From: Bythopirellula sp.
GTDB taxonomy: Bacteria > Planctomycetota > Planctomycetia > Pirellulales > Lacipirellulaceae
Assembly: GCA_965216565.1 (NCBI GenBank)
Contig: OZ244170.1
Location: 864,001-928,000 of the forward strand
Reading direction: 5' to 3'
DNA length: 64,000 nucleotides
Positions 20,759 to 30,648 of the stretch are shown piece by piece (position 1 is the first letter of the stretch; every line of letters begins with the position of its first letter). The notes beneath the pieces were generated by a model that was given only the letters and a program-made list of their open reading frames with translations, was not told where the DNA came from and did no database searches. The translations under genes were made by a program, and so were the position numbers.

Positions 20759-21120
20759 GTTATTCTGATATCAATAAATCAAATGTCCTAACGGGGTCTT
20801 TCGCTCAGAGCTGTTTTTTTACTGGAATCGCGTTATAAAACCTCCTAGAGAGGTAACAGTTCTGGCAGTATCTAAGCCTGAATGATATCCTTGAAGTAGA
20901 GGCGAAGACCAGAACCAAGGGGCGGTTGGTGCACATTTTGGTGCTGACTATTCCGAAAAGGCCTGACTGGCTTCCTATGCAACAGAGAAAACTTATCTTT
21001 ACGGACGGTCGTCCCGATGGTGGTGGCGCATGACGCGTTACAATCATGTAGAATCTACGTGATGATTTAGCCCTGACTCGTTCTGGGTGCAATCGGCTGT
21101 TGGACCGGCTTGGCAACCAA

Positions 21121-22671
21121 ATGTCAAAAGCAGTGGCACAAAGCTTCCTGGATCTTGTGAAACGGAGTCAACTGGTTGAAAAAGACCAGCTGTCGAAGTT
21201 TCTCGACAAGTACCGCAAGGAGCACGACGGAAAGCTCCCCGAGCGCCAAGAGGCGCTAGCTGAGGCAATGGTCGACGCCGATCTCATAACAGATTGGCAA
21301 TCGGAAAAACTTCTGGCCGGAAAGCACAAGGGCTTCATTCTCGGCAAATACAAATTGCTCCGCCACTTGGGCAAAGGGGGCATGAGCCAGGTCTACTTGG
21401 CCGAGCACATCATGATGCGTGTGCGGCGGGCCATCAAAGTCTTGCCTCCCAATCGGGTTGAGGATTCGACTTACCTGGAGCGATTTCGCATTGAAGCCCG
21501 AGCCGCGGCTAAGCTCGATGATCCAAATATTGTCCGGGCTTACGACATCGATCAGGATGGCCGAACTCATTATTTGGTCATGGAGTATGTCGAAGGTAAG
21601 GACCTCCATGTATTAGTCAAAGAGAAGGGCCCGCTCAAGTTTGAAGTGGCCGCCGACTACATTGCCCAAGTCGCACGCGGACTGTCGCACGCCCATGCGA
21701 TGGGGCTCGTGCACCGCGACATCAAACCGGCGAATTGCCTGGTTGATAACAATCAGGTCGTCAAACTGTTGGACATGGGACTGGCCCGGCTTATCGATGA
21801 CGAAGAGTCTCTCACTCTCGACAACAACGAAAACGTCCTGGGCACAGCAGACTATCTGGCTCCCGAGCAGGCAATCAACAGCCATAAAGCCGACAAGCGG
21901 GCAGATATCTATAGCCTGGGCTGCACGTTGTACTTCCTGCTGACGGGGCATCCCCCATTTCCCGAAGGTTCAATCTCCGAACGCCTATTAAAACATCAAA
22001 CCGACAGCCCGCCGAGCATTCTCAAAGATCGGCCGGATGCTCCACCGATGCTTTTGAATATTTGCGAACGGATGATGCTGAAAAACCCTGACGAGCGTTA
22101 TCAGTCTGCGATGGACGTAGCCGATCGGCTTTCCGAGTGGCTGGAAGATCGAGGCCATGTAGTTGGCGATCTGAAAAAGAAATCGGAGTCGGATTCCGGC
22201 TTCGGCAGCGATTCTTTCCGTCGTTTTGCCAATTTATCGAATCCAAGTTCGGCGGATTCGGGCAGCAGGATTCGCGGCAAAAGCTCCACCAAAATCCCCA
22301 AAGTTACCCGACCTGCGGTTGCTCAGGAGCCAGAAGAAGAAATTGGTCTGGCGCCGTTAGAGGAAGAGAAGCCCCAAGAAGACGAGAGCGTCGACGATTT
22401 GGCAGCAGCTACCGATGACCTAACCAGTGCCAAGTTCGAAACGGTTGCCACCGAGCCACGTAAATCGCTGATCGAAGAAACCTTCGAAGCGGAAGCAGCT
22501 CAGGAAGACAAAGCCAAGGAGCGTTTCCAAAAACGCCAGGGAGAGTTCGACCCACTGCGACCTCCTGGCTATAGCGGTCCCAGCTATGGAACGCCAGGTT
22601 GGGTTTACGCCCTCATCGGCGTGGGAGTCTTGGGATTGATCGGATTGGTGAGCTTCTTCGCGTTTACTTAA
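21121..22671 (+). CDS. Hanks-type Ser/Thr protein kinase with C-terminal TM anchor
   Basis: LGKGGM, AIK, HRDIKPAN, DMG, GTADYLAPE. Confidence 0.93.
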   Translation: MSKAVAQSFLDLVKRSQLVEKDQLSKFLDKYRKEHDGKLPERQEALAEAMVDADLITDWQSEKLLAGKHKGFILGKYKLLRHLGKGGMSQVYLAEHIMMRVRRAIKVLPPNRVEDSTYLERFRIEARAAAKLDDPNIVRAYDIDQDGRTHYLVMEYVEGKDLHVLVKEKGPLKFEVAADYIAQVARGLSHAHAMGLVHRDIKPANCLVDNNQVVKLLDMGLARLIDDEESLTLDNNENVLGTADYLAPEQAINSHKADKRADIYSLGCTLYFLLTGHPPFPEGSISERLLKHQTDSPPSILKDRPDAPPMLLNICERMMLKNPDERYQSAMDVADRLSEWLEDRGHVVGDLKKKSESDSGFGSDSFRRFANLSNPSSADSGSRIRGKSSTKIPKVTRPAVAQEPEEEIGLAPLEEEKPQEDESVDDLAAATDDLTSAKFETVATEPRKSLIEETFEAEAAQEDKAKERFQKRQGEFDPLRPPGYSGPSYGTPGWVYALIGVGVLGLIGLVSFFAFT

Positions 22672-22802
22672 GGAACCGAGGAAGAATAACTTTTTCCGAA
22701 GAGGCTAGGTCGTTTTCACCGTTTGGGTTCCGCCGCACCCTGTACTTATCGCGGTGTCTTGGCAGACACCGCTAACTCAGGCGAAAGTGCCAACCGGCCT
22801 CG

Positions 22803-23864
22803 CTACTGGGAACTCTTATTCCCGGCGACCAAACTCTTTTGCCACTCCAGGCCGATCATTTGGCAGTTGATCCCCGAGCCAATTCCGAGCAGAGCGACGC
22901 GATCGTTCTCTGCGATGTGCCCCGACTCTGCTGCTAAGGCTAACGTCAAAGGCAAAGCGGCTGCGCCTGTGTTGCCGAGCCATTCCAGGGTGGCATAGTC
23001 GAGTGTAGGCGTGAGATTGAGAGCTTCGAACAATAGTTTGCGATGTGCCACACCGACTTGATGGCAAATCGTTTTGTCGATATCGCTCCGCTGCCAAGTG
23101 GTATCGGCGAGAAATTGCTTGAAAGTATGCTTGCCCGCCGCCACACCATGGGCCATTAACTGTTCGCTGTCAGTCTGCATAAAAGTTTCCAGGCCTTCAC
23201 TCTTACAAAGCAGGTGATGGTTGGTTTCGGCTCGAACGGTCGACGTGCGAAACCGATTACCAGACCGCGAGAGCGACTCGTCGCACAGCAGCATCGCGAC
23301 GCTTCCCGAGCCGATGGTCAAGGACGCAACCAGCAACTTAATATCCTGACGCGAGAGCGACAGGTCGGTATTCAGCCGCTCGACGGTATTTTCCACGAGC
23401 GTCCGCCCACACTCGGTGCCAACCACCAGCCCTGCACGAATCTGCCCGAGCTCGATCATATTGGCCAACTGGACGGCACCGCTGAGAATACCCAGGCAGG
23501 CGTTCGAAACATCGTAGATTAAGCACTCGCTGGGCAGTCCCAAGGCATGATGCACCGAACAGGCAGTGGCTGGTTCGAGATGATCGCGGCAGACTGAACC
23601 GTGGATAAGAGCACCGACATCTATCGGGTCGATATCGGCTGCTTCCAATGCCCGCCGACCGCTGTCGATACTCACACTTCCCGGCGTCGTGCCAGGAGGG
23701 AAAAATCGTCGCTCCTGAATGCCCGTCATCAATTCCAGCCGACCTTCCGGCAACCGCAGTCGTTCGTAGGCGGGCGCGAGTCGCGATTCGAGTTCCGCAG
23801 AACTAACCGCTTCCTCGGGCAACGTATAGCCGAGCGATTCTAAGCAGACGCGCTGATAGTTCAT
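22803..23864 (-). CDS. oleA: OleA-type 3-oxoacyl-ACP synthase III / thiolase
   Basis: TGIQERR, RDHLEPATA (Glu typical of OleA), NACLG, HQVG, GNTG, LGIGSGINC. Confidence 0.75.
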   Translation of the reverse strand: MNYQRVCLESLGYTLPEEAVSSAELESRLAPAYERLRLPEGRLELMTGIQERRFFPPGTTPGSVSIDSGRRALEAADIDPIDVGALIHGSVCRDHLEPATACSVHHALGLPSECLIYDVSNACLGILSGAVQLANMIELGQIRAGLVVGTECGRTLVENTVERLNTDLSLSRQDIKLLVASLTIGSGSVAMLLCDESLSRSGNRFRTSTVRAETNHHLLCKSEGLETFMQTDSEQLMAHGVAAGKHTFKQFLADTTWQRSDIDKTICHQVGVAHRKLLFEALNLTPTLDYATLEWLGNTGAAALPLTLALAAESGHIAENDRVALLGIGSGINCQMIGLEWQKSLVAGNKSSQ

Positions 23865-23974
23865 GGTGGCTCGGTATCAGAGTGGTTGGGGGAGGTCGCT
23901 GTTGGAGATTTGCCGACAATCCACCACAATAGTGTTGAAATCTAAGGACGTAAACGGCCTCAGGGAAAACACAA

Positions 23975-24697
23975 ATGACAGAATCGCCAGCGAACGAGTC
24001 GAATCGAGGTCAGTGGGCGGCTATCGTGTTTGCTCTCGCGCTCCCCAGTTTAGTGACATTGGCGTATTTCGTATGGGCCGAACAATTTGCCGGCATGGTG
24101 CAGCAGGTGGTTTATTCGCTCGCCAAGGTGGTCCAGTTCGGTTTTCCGGTTGTTTGGGTCTGTTGGGTTCTTAAGGAACGCCCTCGGTGGCAACAGCCAA
24201 TCACGCGAGGACTATTTGTCGGTGTGTTGTTTGGATTGGTGGTTGCTGGGGCGATGATGGCTCTTTATTTCGCCTGGCTCCAGTCGGCCGACTTTTTTCA
24301 GCAGGCGGCTACCGAGATACGTGGCAAGATCAATGATCTGCAGGTGGATGCACGGTGGAAATTTGCCCTGCTGGGAGTGTTTTACAGTTTGATTCACTCT
24401 CTCTTGGAAGAGTATTACTGGCGGTGGTTCGTGTTTGGCCAGCTCAAGAAAGTGGTTCCACTGGGCTCTGCCGTTGTGATTTCGTCACTGGGATTCATGG
24501 CTCACCACGTGATTGTATTGGCAGATTTCTTTGGTAGTACCTCGCCTGTGACGTGGCTATTCTCGCTGTCCATCGCGGTGGGCGGTGCTTTTTGGGCATG
24601 GCTCTACCATCGCAGCGGGTCGCTTTTAGGACCGTGGATGGGCCATTTGTTGGTGGATGCAGCGATTTTCGCCATTGGATATCAAATTGCATTCTAG
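23975..24697 (+). CDS. CPBP (CAAX/Abi) intramembrane metalloprotease
   Basis: EEYYWR, FMAHH, H..VD motifs; multiple TM helices. Confidence 0.85.
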   Translation: MTESPANESNRGQWAAIVFALALPSLVTLAYFVWAEQFAGMVQQVVYSLAKVVQFGFPVVWVCWVLKERPRWQQPITRGLFVGVLFGLVVAGAMMALYFAWLQSADFFQQAATEIRGKINDLQVDARWKFALLGVFYSLIHSLLEEYYWRWFVFGQLKKVVPLGSAVVISSLGFMAHHVIVLADFFGSTSPVTWLFSLSIAVGGAFWAWLYHRSGSLLGPWMGHLLVDAAIFAIGYQIAF

Positions 24698-25210
24698 GTC
24701 TCAAAAAACCACTAATACACTGCGAATATCGGTGTTTAGGCAATCCACAGCATCTTGTGCCAGCAAAAAAACTTTGGCCCAATATGGGCTAACTACTTGC
24801 AACCCGTTCGCAGTGCGTTAAATTCTTGCCCTAATGACTTGCATCTCCTAACGACCGAGTGACACGGTCAACAAAACTTACGAGGAGTTTTTCAGAGCTG
24901 CGATAGGGACATCGATTAGGGCATTCCAAATTCCATTTAGGTGTTGTTTGGAAGAGTCGTCTCGTAGCGGGTTACATTCTAGAACCAACGAATCTTGCAG
25001 GTGCCAAGGAAGGTTGCCATGAGAGCTAAGATTGTACGAAGCCATATTATGCTTCAAGTACGTGATGCACTCGTAGAGCACGATTTTTCGATCTAGAGAT
25101 TTAGACTGCGCGAGAAGCTAACAGGTTCGATTATTGTACCTATCGCATTGAATTACCCTTGCCAAGTCACGCAGGTGCGGCTTGCCGTATCAGAAAGGGA
25201 GTGCGAAGCG

Positions 25211-25954
25211 ATGACCAAGCCATTGATTGGAGTCAATGCCGATTTTCGCCCAGGGAAACAGGATGGACCCGACTACAGCTACGTAGCCTCAGGCTACTAC
25301 GACGCGATTCTACAAGTGGGAGGAGTGCCAGTTCTGCTGCCTCCCTATCAATCTTACGAAGACATCGACGAGGTGCTAAACCGACTCGATGGAGTGATGC
25401 TCGTTGGCGGAGCCGATCTCGATCCGCGTCGCGATGGTTGGATGCTTCATCCTACCGTCCGTCTGCAGGATCCTCGCCGCGAGTCGTTCGATCGCGCTTT
25501 AATCCACAAAGTCGCGGATCGCCGGATGCCTGTGCTAGGCGTTGGAGCTGGTATGCAACTGCTGAATGTGTCGCAGGGCGGCAATTTGATGTTGCACATC
25601 CCCGAGGATATGCCGACCGCTCTGCCGCATCTCGATCCTTTGGACTCGGCTCATCGCCACACGCTGGAGATTGCTCAGGGTTCGATCATGGATCGCGTTT
25701 ACGGCGACGGCGAGTTGCGTGTGAATAGCATGCATCACATGGCTGTCGACGAAGTGGCGCCCGGCTTCGCCATCACGGCCCGCTGCCCAGACGGCATCAC
25801 CGAGGCCATCGAAAGTCAGATGCCAGATTGGTTTGCGTTGGGAACTCAGTTCCACCCCGAAGCGTCTACTGCTTCGGCACTAGACATTCGCATCTTCGAG
25901 GAATTCCTGGCAGGCGTCACGGAGTACCACGGCGCGATGCGACTGGTTGCTTAG
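25211..25954 (+). CDS. peptidase C26 / gamma-glutamyl-GABA hydrolase family protein lacking the catalytic Cys
   Basis: GGADLDP, VNSMHH, QFHPE present; nucleophile elbow reads GVGAGMQ; GGGAG RBS. Confidence 0.85.
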   Translation: MTKPLIGVNADFRPGKQDGPDYSYVASGYYDAILQVGGVPVLLPPYQSYEDIDEVLNRLDGVMLVGGADLDPRRDGWMLHPTVRLQDPRRESFDRALIHKVADRRMPVLGVGAGMQLLNVSQGGNLMLHIPEDMPTALPHLDPLDSAHRHTLEIAQGSIMDRVYGDGELRVNSMHHMAVDEVAPGFAITARCPDGITEAIESQMPDWFALGTQFHPEASTASALDIRIFEEFLAGVTEYHGAMRLVA

Positions 25955-26035
25955 ATAGTGCGTATCCGGCCCCTTCAAGTTTTACCCGTCTGGGGCCGAA
26001 AAAAATGCTCGCAGGAAGCGAGCACGTGACCCAGG

Positions 26036-26079
26036 GCCTGACGTTGACATGGGATGTCAACGCCAGGCCTTATTTTTTG
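26036..26079 (+). terminator. rho-independent terminator
   Basis: GGCCTGACGTTGACAT-GGG-ATGTCAACGCCAGGCC stem followed by TTATTTTTT. Confidence 0.75.
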
Positions 26080-26123
26080 ATAGCTGTTTAAACTTAGCTC
26101 GAGTACTTCAGTAGCAGGTGAAG

Positions 26124-26377
26124 CTAGTTCTTCTTAATCATCCGATAACCGGCTAGAAGAATAATCGCACCAACAACCGCGATAAAGAAGCTGCGAATAT
26201 CAAAGCCGGAAACGGTTCCCAATCCCATCAAAGTGCCAACGTAACCGCCGACGAAGGCCCCCACGATTCCGATGATGATGGTGACAATGCATCCACCCGG
26301 ATCGTCGCCCGGCATAATCCACTTTGCCAATGCTCTCCTGCAATCAAGCCAAACAAAATCCAAGACAAGATTCCCAT
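26124..26377 (-). pseudogene. GlsB/YeaQ/YmgE family membrane protein, frameshifted
   Basis: GGAG RBS, ATG at 26377 giving MGILSWILFGLIAG; after an extra GA (~26334) another frame continues ALAKWIMPG...IIGIVGAFVGG. Confidence 0.8.
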
Positions 26378-26453
26378 CGATTATTCTCCAGTTTCGTAAA
26401 CATAAACGATCTCGGTCCGCGGCCTTCATCGTAACCCACGGAAATGGCGCTGA

Positions 26454-27026
26454 CTATCCTAGCAAACGGACAAACTGTCGCATCCAGGCCGGGTTTGCAG
26501 GCCAAGCAGGTGCCGTAACTAGGTGCCCGTCCACGCACACACTGTCGAGACCTTCGCTCGGCGTATCCCAGATGGCACCCGCCCGTTCCAATTCTGGTTG
26601 CAAACTTGGATAAGCTTGGCAACGTTTACCGTCCACGATCCCTGCGGCTGTCAAGATATACGGTCCATGGCAAGTGGCGGCGATCGGTTTCTTGGCCGCG
26701 TCGAATTGCTGAACAAGTGAGAGCACTTCTTGGTTCAATTGCAAATACTCGGGCGACCTTCCCCCGGGAATAACTATCGCATCGTAATCGTCGGCCGAGA
26801 CACTGGCCCAATCGATGTTGATGGCAAAGTTGTGCCCTCGTTTTTCGGTGTAGGTTTGGTGCCCTTCAAAATCGTGGATGGCGGTTGCCACGGTATCGCC
26901 TGCCTGTTTGTCGGGACAGGCTACATCGACCTGGTGTTCCAACATCAGCAGAATTTGCAGGGGGACCATCGCTTCGTAGTCTTCGACAAAGTCGCCAACC
27001 AGCATCAGAATCCGTTTTGCGCTCAT
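26454..27026 (-). CDS. DJ-1/PfpI family protein
   Basis: GDFVEDYE, IPGGRSPE, ATCHG, VTAPAWP. Confidence 0.9.
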   Translation of the reverse strand: MSAKRILMLVGDFVEDYEAMVPLQILLMLEHQVDVACPDKQAGDTVATAIHDFEGHQTYTEKRGHNFAINIDWASVSADDYDAIVIPGGRSPEYLQLNQEVLSLVQQFDAAKKPIAATCHGPYILTAAGIVDGKRCQAYPSLQPELERAGAIWDTPSEGLDSVCVDGHLVTAPAWPANPAWMRQFVRLLG

Positions 27027-27030
27027 CGCC

Positions 27031-27423
27031 TTACTCCGGAAGTTTCAAGTCAAAGATGAATTCGGGAATCCGTTGGATCTCACCCGCCGAGTTGACACAA
27101 GCGATTGTGCTCTTGCCTTCTACCAGCAATTCTTCTTGGCAAAAGATCTGATACGAATGGTCGATTCGGGCCGCTGTGACTCGTTCCACTGTGGTCACCA
27201 CACGCACAGTATCCCCGAATTTAGCAGGTTGAATATACCGGCACGAGACACTGTGGACGACCAGGTAGGCACCTTGCCGTTCGAGCTCCGCATACTCGAA
27301 GCCCATGGCGGCGAGAAAGCGAACTCGGGCTAATTCGAAATAGGTGAAGTAATTGGCATGGTGGACGACACCCTGGGCGTCTGTCTCGGCGTAGCGGACT
27401 TCGATTTCAATTTCGTGTTGCAT
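27031..27423 (-). CDS. acyl-CoA thioesterase (YbgC/4HBT family)
   Basis: VRYAETDAQGVVHHANY. Confidence 0.9.
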   Translation of the reverse strand: MQHEIEIEVRYAETDAQGVVHHANYFTYFELARVRFLAAMGFEYAELERQGAYLVVHSVSCRYIQPAKFGDTVRVVTTVERVTAARIDHSYQIFCQEELLVEGKSTIACVNSAGEIQRIPEFIFDLKLPE

Positions 27424-27761
27424 GGCAGGCGCTTGGTTTTAAGTGATGCGTAGCGAAGCATCGTAGTGGGCCAGCGCCCCAGGAGTCTAGTACCCGCAGG
27501 GCCCTCGGCTGGAGTTTAGAGACCGGTCAGACTGCGTATTCGGAATTTATCAGCGTCGCTATGGATGAAAGCGGGTCTGACGAGCCCGAATGCTTAGTGA
27601 ATAGCCTCCCAGTAAGTTGCAATTCGATGCACGGAACTCTATATTGTGCCTAGGTTTGAGTGTATAAACGACGGCTCATAACCAGCGCAGCAAACCACGC
27701 GTTGGATTTGTCGATGGTTTTGACGCCGTTGATTTTGACATAGTCTCGAAGGGAGGAAGCC

Positions 27762-28253
27762 ATGAGCAGCGGTGAAGGTGCCGGCATCGATTTCGCAACC
27801 ATGCGGGGCCGAGACTATCCCTCAATTCGCCAATTTACCGTGTTCCTCGAAAACCGAGTGGGACAGCTCTCCGAAGTAGTGCGACGATTCGAAGGAAGTA
27901 GCGTTAGAATCGTTGCCCTTTCCGTCTCCGATTCGACCGATTGCGCAGTCGTCCGGTTCTTACTCAGCGATCCCGAGCAAGGGCGCGAGGTGTTGGAGCG
28001 TGCCGGGCTGGCCATGGTGGAAACCGACCTGATCGGCATTGAATTACCCGACTCCCCTCAGCCGATGTTGCAGGTTTGCACCGCCTTGCTGCAATCGGAG
28101 GTGAATATCTCTCAGGTTTATCCCCTGCTCGTTCGACCCCGTGGCCGTCCTGCGGTGGCGTTGATGGTCGACAATATCGACATCGCAATCGAGACACTCG
28201 CCGACAAAGGATTCGTGGCGATCAACGAAGACGATCTGAAATCGGAAGACTGA
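27762..28253 (+). CDS. tandem ACT-domain protein
   Basis: QFTVFLENRVGQL; GGAGG RBS. Confidence 0.8.
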   Translation: MSSGEGAGIDFATMRGRDYPSIRQFTVFLENRVGQLSEVVRRFEGSSVRIVALSVSDSTDCAVVRFLLSDPEQGREVLERAGLAMVETDLIGIELPDSPQPMLQVCTALLQSEVNISQVYPLLVRPRGRPAVALMVDNIDIAIETLADKGFVAINEDDLKSED

Positions 28254-28347
28254 GGACGGTTTTGAAATTGCCGTCTGGTGGATAGATTTCCAATCGACGA
28301 CAAACGGTCTTTAGTTACAAGTAGCACTTATCTGGAATAGAGCGGCG

Positions 28348-29061
28348 ATGGCAATTCAAGTAACTTGTCCCGGGTGCCATACCCGGTTCAGCGTAGGGGA
28401 CCAACACGCCGGCAAGTCTGGTGCTTGCCCCAAGTGTAAGGGAGAAATTCAGATTCCCGAAAAGGGGGACGAAGTCGTTATCCATGCCCCCGAGTTGGAA
28501 GCGGGAGCGAAAGACGCCAAGGGCCGTTCGGTCCTCAAGCCAATTAAACGCAAGGAAGCCAAGTTTAGCGTGAGCATCACCGCCATTGTCGCGGGGCTTG
28601 TATTGCTTAGCGTAGCGATTGCCTGGCTGATCAAACAGAATGATCTAGGCGACAGCCTGCTTTTTGTGTTGGGCGCTGGGGCTGTCATTCTCGGTCCACC
28701 TCTTGCGTATGCCGCCTATACGTTTCTCCGTGACGATGAAATGGGCTACTACCAAGGCGTTCCGGTGATGGTGCGGTCGCTTGTGTGTGGGCTAGTTTAT
28801 GCATTGCTTTGGGGAGTGTATATTTTTGTTGGCAATCAGGTTTTTGGTAATGATGCCTTCGAAGAAGGGCTGAACATAGTCCAAATTCTTGGCCTTACCG
28901 TACCCATCATGGTTGTCGGTGCAGGAACGGCGTTCGTGAGCTTCGATCTGGAAATACTGACGGGCTTTTTTCATTACGCCTTGTACTTTGTTGTAACGGT
29001 ATTCTTACGTTGGGTGATGGGATTGGCACTGTTGCCAGGGCTCGTGCTGGGAGGCTCCTAG
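28348..29061 (+). CDS. zinc-ribbon membrane protein
   Basis: CPGC..CPKC followed by about 5 TM helices. ATG at 28348 and TAG at 29059-29061 read on the + strand; the ORF track labels it minus in error. Confidence 0.75.
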   Translation: MAIQVTCPGCHTRFSVGDQHAGKSGACPKCKGEIQIPEKGDEVVIHAPELEAGAKDAKGRSVLKPIKRKEAKFSVSITAIVAGLVLLSVAIAWLIKQNDLGDSLLFVLGAGAVILGPPLAYAAYTFLRDDEMGYYQGVPVMVRSLVCGLVYALLWGVYIFVGNQVFGNDAFEEGLNIVQILGLTVPIMVVGAGTAFVSFDLEILTGFFHYALYFVVTVFLRWVMGLALLPGLVLGGS

Positions 29062-29127
29062 AGCTCAAGCCTTAACGCCAACTTCTTGCAAACGTTACCG
29101 GCACTCACCTAAATTCGTGCCACTGAA

Positions 29128-30468
29128 ATGCCGATGACAAACTCGCTGCGAGATATTCCTGAGTTGGCAGCCTTAGGGAACGGTCGACGCCTAGTAAGGA
29201 TTCCGCCAGAAATCGACGTCCCGCTGACGCCACGCGTCCAGCAACTGATCGATTCGCCCGAGTTCCGGCGCCTACGGGAGATCAGCCAGCTTGGGCTCGT
29301 TAGCTTGGTCTACCCGGCCGCGCACCACACTCGGTTCGAGCATTCGCTGGGCGTCTATCGCATGGCATTGTTGTTTCTGGACCATCTGGCCGAGGACAGT
29401 CGATTTCAATCGGCGGTTGAACCCCGTGACGCTGAGCGGTTTATCGTCGCCTCGCTCTTACACGATTTGGGGCACTGGCCGTTTTGTCACCCGATCGAGG
29501 ATATCAGTCTACCGAAGATTCCTAACCACGAATTATTTGCCAACAGTTATTTGCTCGAGGGTGAAATTGCAGACGCGCTCCGCGATCAGTGGGACATGGC
29601 TCCCCGCGAAGTGATGGCGATGCTCTCCGGAAAGCCGTCTGATCGCAGCACCCGGATTTGCAAGAGCCTGCTCTCAGGTCCCATCGACGTAGACAAAATG
29701 GACTATCTGATGCGGGACAGTCTGCACGCGGGAGTGCCTTACGGACGGAATTTCGATCAGTCGCGGCTGATTAGCAGCTTATGTCTTAACGAAAATGGCG
29801 ATGGGTTGGGTATTACCGAAAAAGGCAAGACCGCGGCAGAGATGATGGTGTTTGCCAGGTACGTGATGTTCAGCGAAGTCTATTGGCATCATACAGTTCG
29901 CGGAGCCACCGCTATGCTGCAGCGAGCTTTTATCATGCTGCACGAAACTCTCGACCTCGACGCCCTATTCCGCATGTCGGAGCGGCAAATGATCGAGACG
30001 ATGACAGCGGCCGCAGGGGATGGCCCGGCCGCGGATCTTTTAGATGGATTATTCGGCCCGTCACGACGGATCTACAAACGAGTCGCCCAGTACAGTTTGT
30101 TCCAGGCTCCTGAGATCTATCAGCTACTAGCCCGTAAACCATACTCTTGGTTGATTCGCTGTGCCGATAATTTTGCTACGGTGGCGAGTACTGCGCTGTC
30201 GCGGGTTGTAGCACCGCATGAAGTGCTGTTCGACGCACCACCGGTCGAACTGGAAGTAGAATTCGAGATGGATGTCTTCTTTGCCAAGGAGAATTGTTAC
30301 CGCAGCTTGGGTTCGATCTCGCCGGTGGTGAAGACATTAGCTCGTGAGCAATTTGACGATTATGTCAAGCGCGTGCGAATATTTGCCCATCCGCGTTTGG
30401 CAGAGGATCTTCGCAATTGCATGGGCCTTCCCGACATGTTGGCAGAAGCGGTAAGCCAGACGGGTTAG
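29128..30468 (+). CDS. HD-domain phosphohydrolase (dNTP triphosphohydrolase-like)
   Basis: RLREISQLG, TRFEHSLG, LHDLGH, DVDKMDYLMRD, VYWH. Confidence 0.85.
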   Translation: MPMTNSLRDIPELAALGNGRRLVRIPPEIDVPLTPRVQQLIDSPEFRRLREISQLGLVSLVYPAAHHTRFEHSLGVYRMALLFLDHLAEDSRFQSAVEPRDAERFIVASLLHDLGHWPFCHPIEDISLPKIPNHELFANSYLLEGEIADALRDQWDMAPREVMAMLSGKPSDRSTRICKSLLSGPIDVDKMDYLMRDSLHAGVPYGRNFDQSRLISSLCLNENGDGLGITEKGKTAAEMMVFARYVMFSEVYWHHTVRGATAMLQRAFIMLHETLDLDALFRMSERQMIETMTAAAGDGPAADLLDGLFGPSRRIYKRVAQYSLFQAPEIYQLLARKPYSWLIRCADNFATVASTALSRVVAPHEVLFDAPPVELEVEFEMDVFFAKENCYRSLGSISPVVKTLAREQFDDYVKRVRIFAHPRLAEDLRNCMGLPDMLAEAVSQTG

Positions 30469-30613
30469 TTAATTTCACACGATGGGTATCTCAAAAAATA
30501 ACCCGGTATACTGCTTTTTTCATTTGTCTTTAGATCCGCGTATTTTCCTTCGCGGCCTAGAAACCAACGTATACCACAGGAGAATTGCTATTGAAATTCG
30601 GTTCGGATTCTGA

Positions 30614-30637
30614 GAACTTTTTTTAGCCTCCTGCGTC
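30614..30637 (+). promoter_or_regulatory. possible ECF-sigma promoter
   Basis: GAAC-N16-CGTC, ending 11 nt before the ATG at 30649. Confidence 0.35.
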
Positions 30638-30648
30638 CTTAGGGATAG

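Noticed and set aside
28348..29061. ORF-track label of minus strand for the MAIQVTCPGC protein
   Set aside because: The ATG and TAG read directly on the plus strand, so it is annotated as plus.
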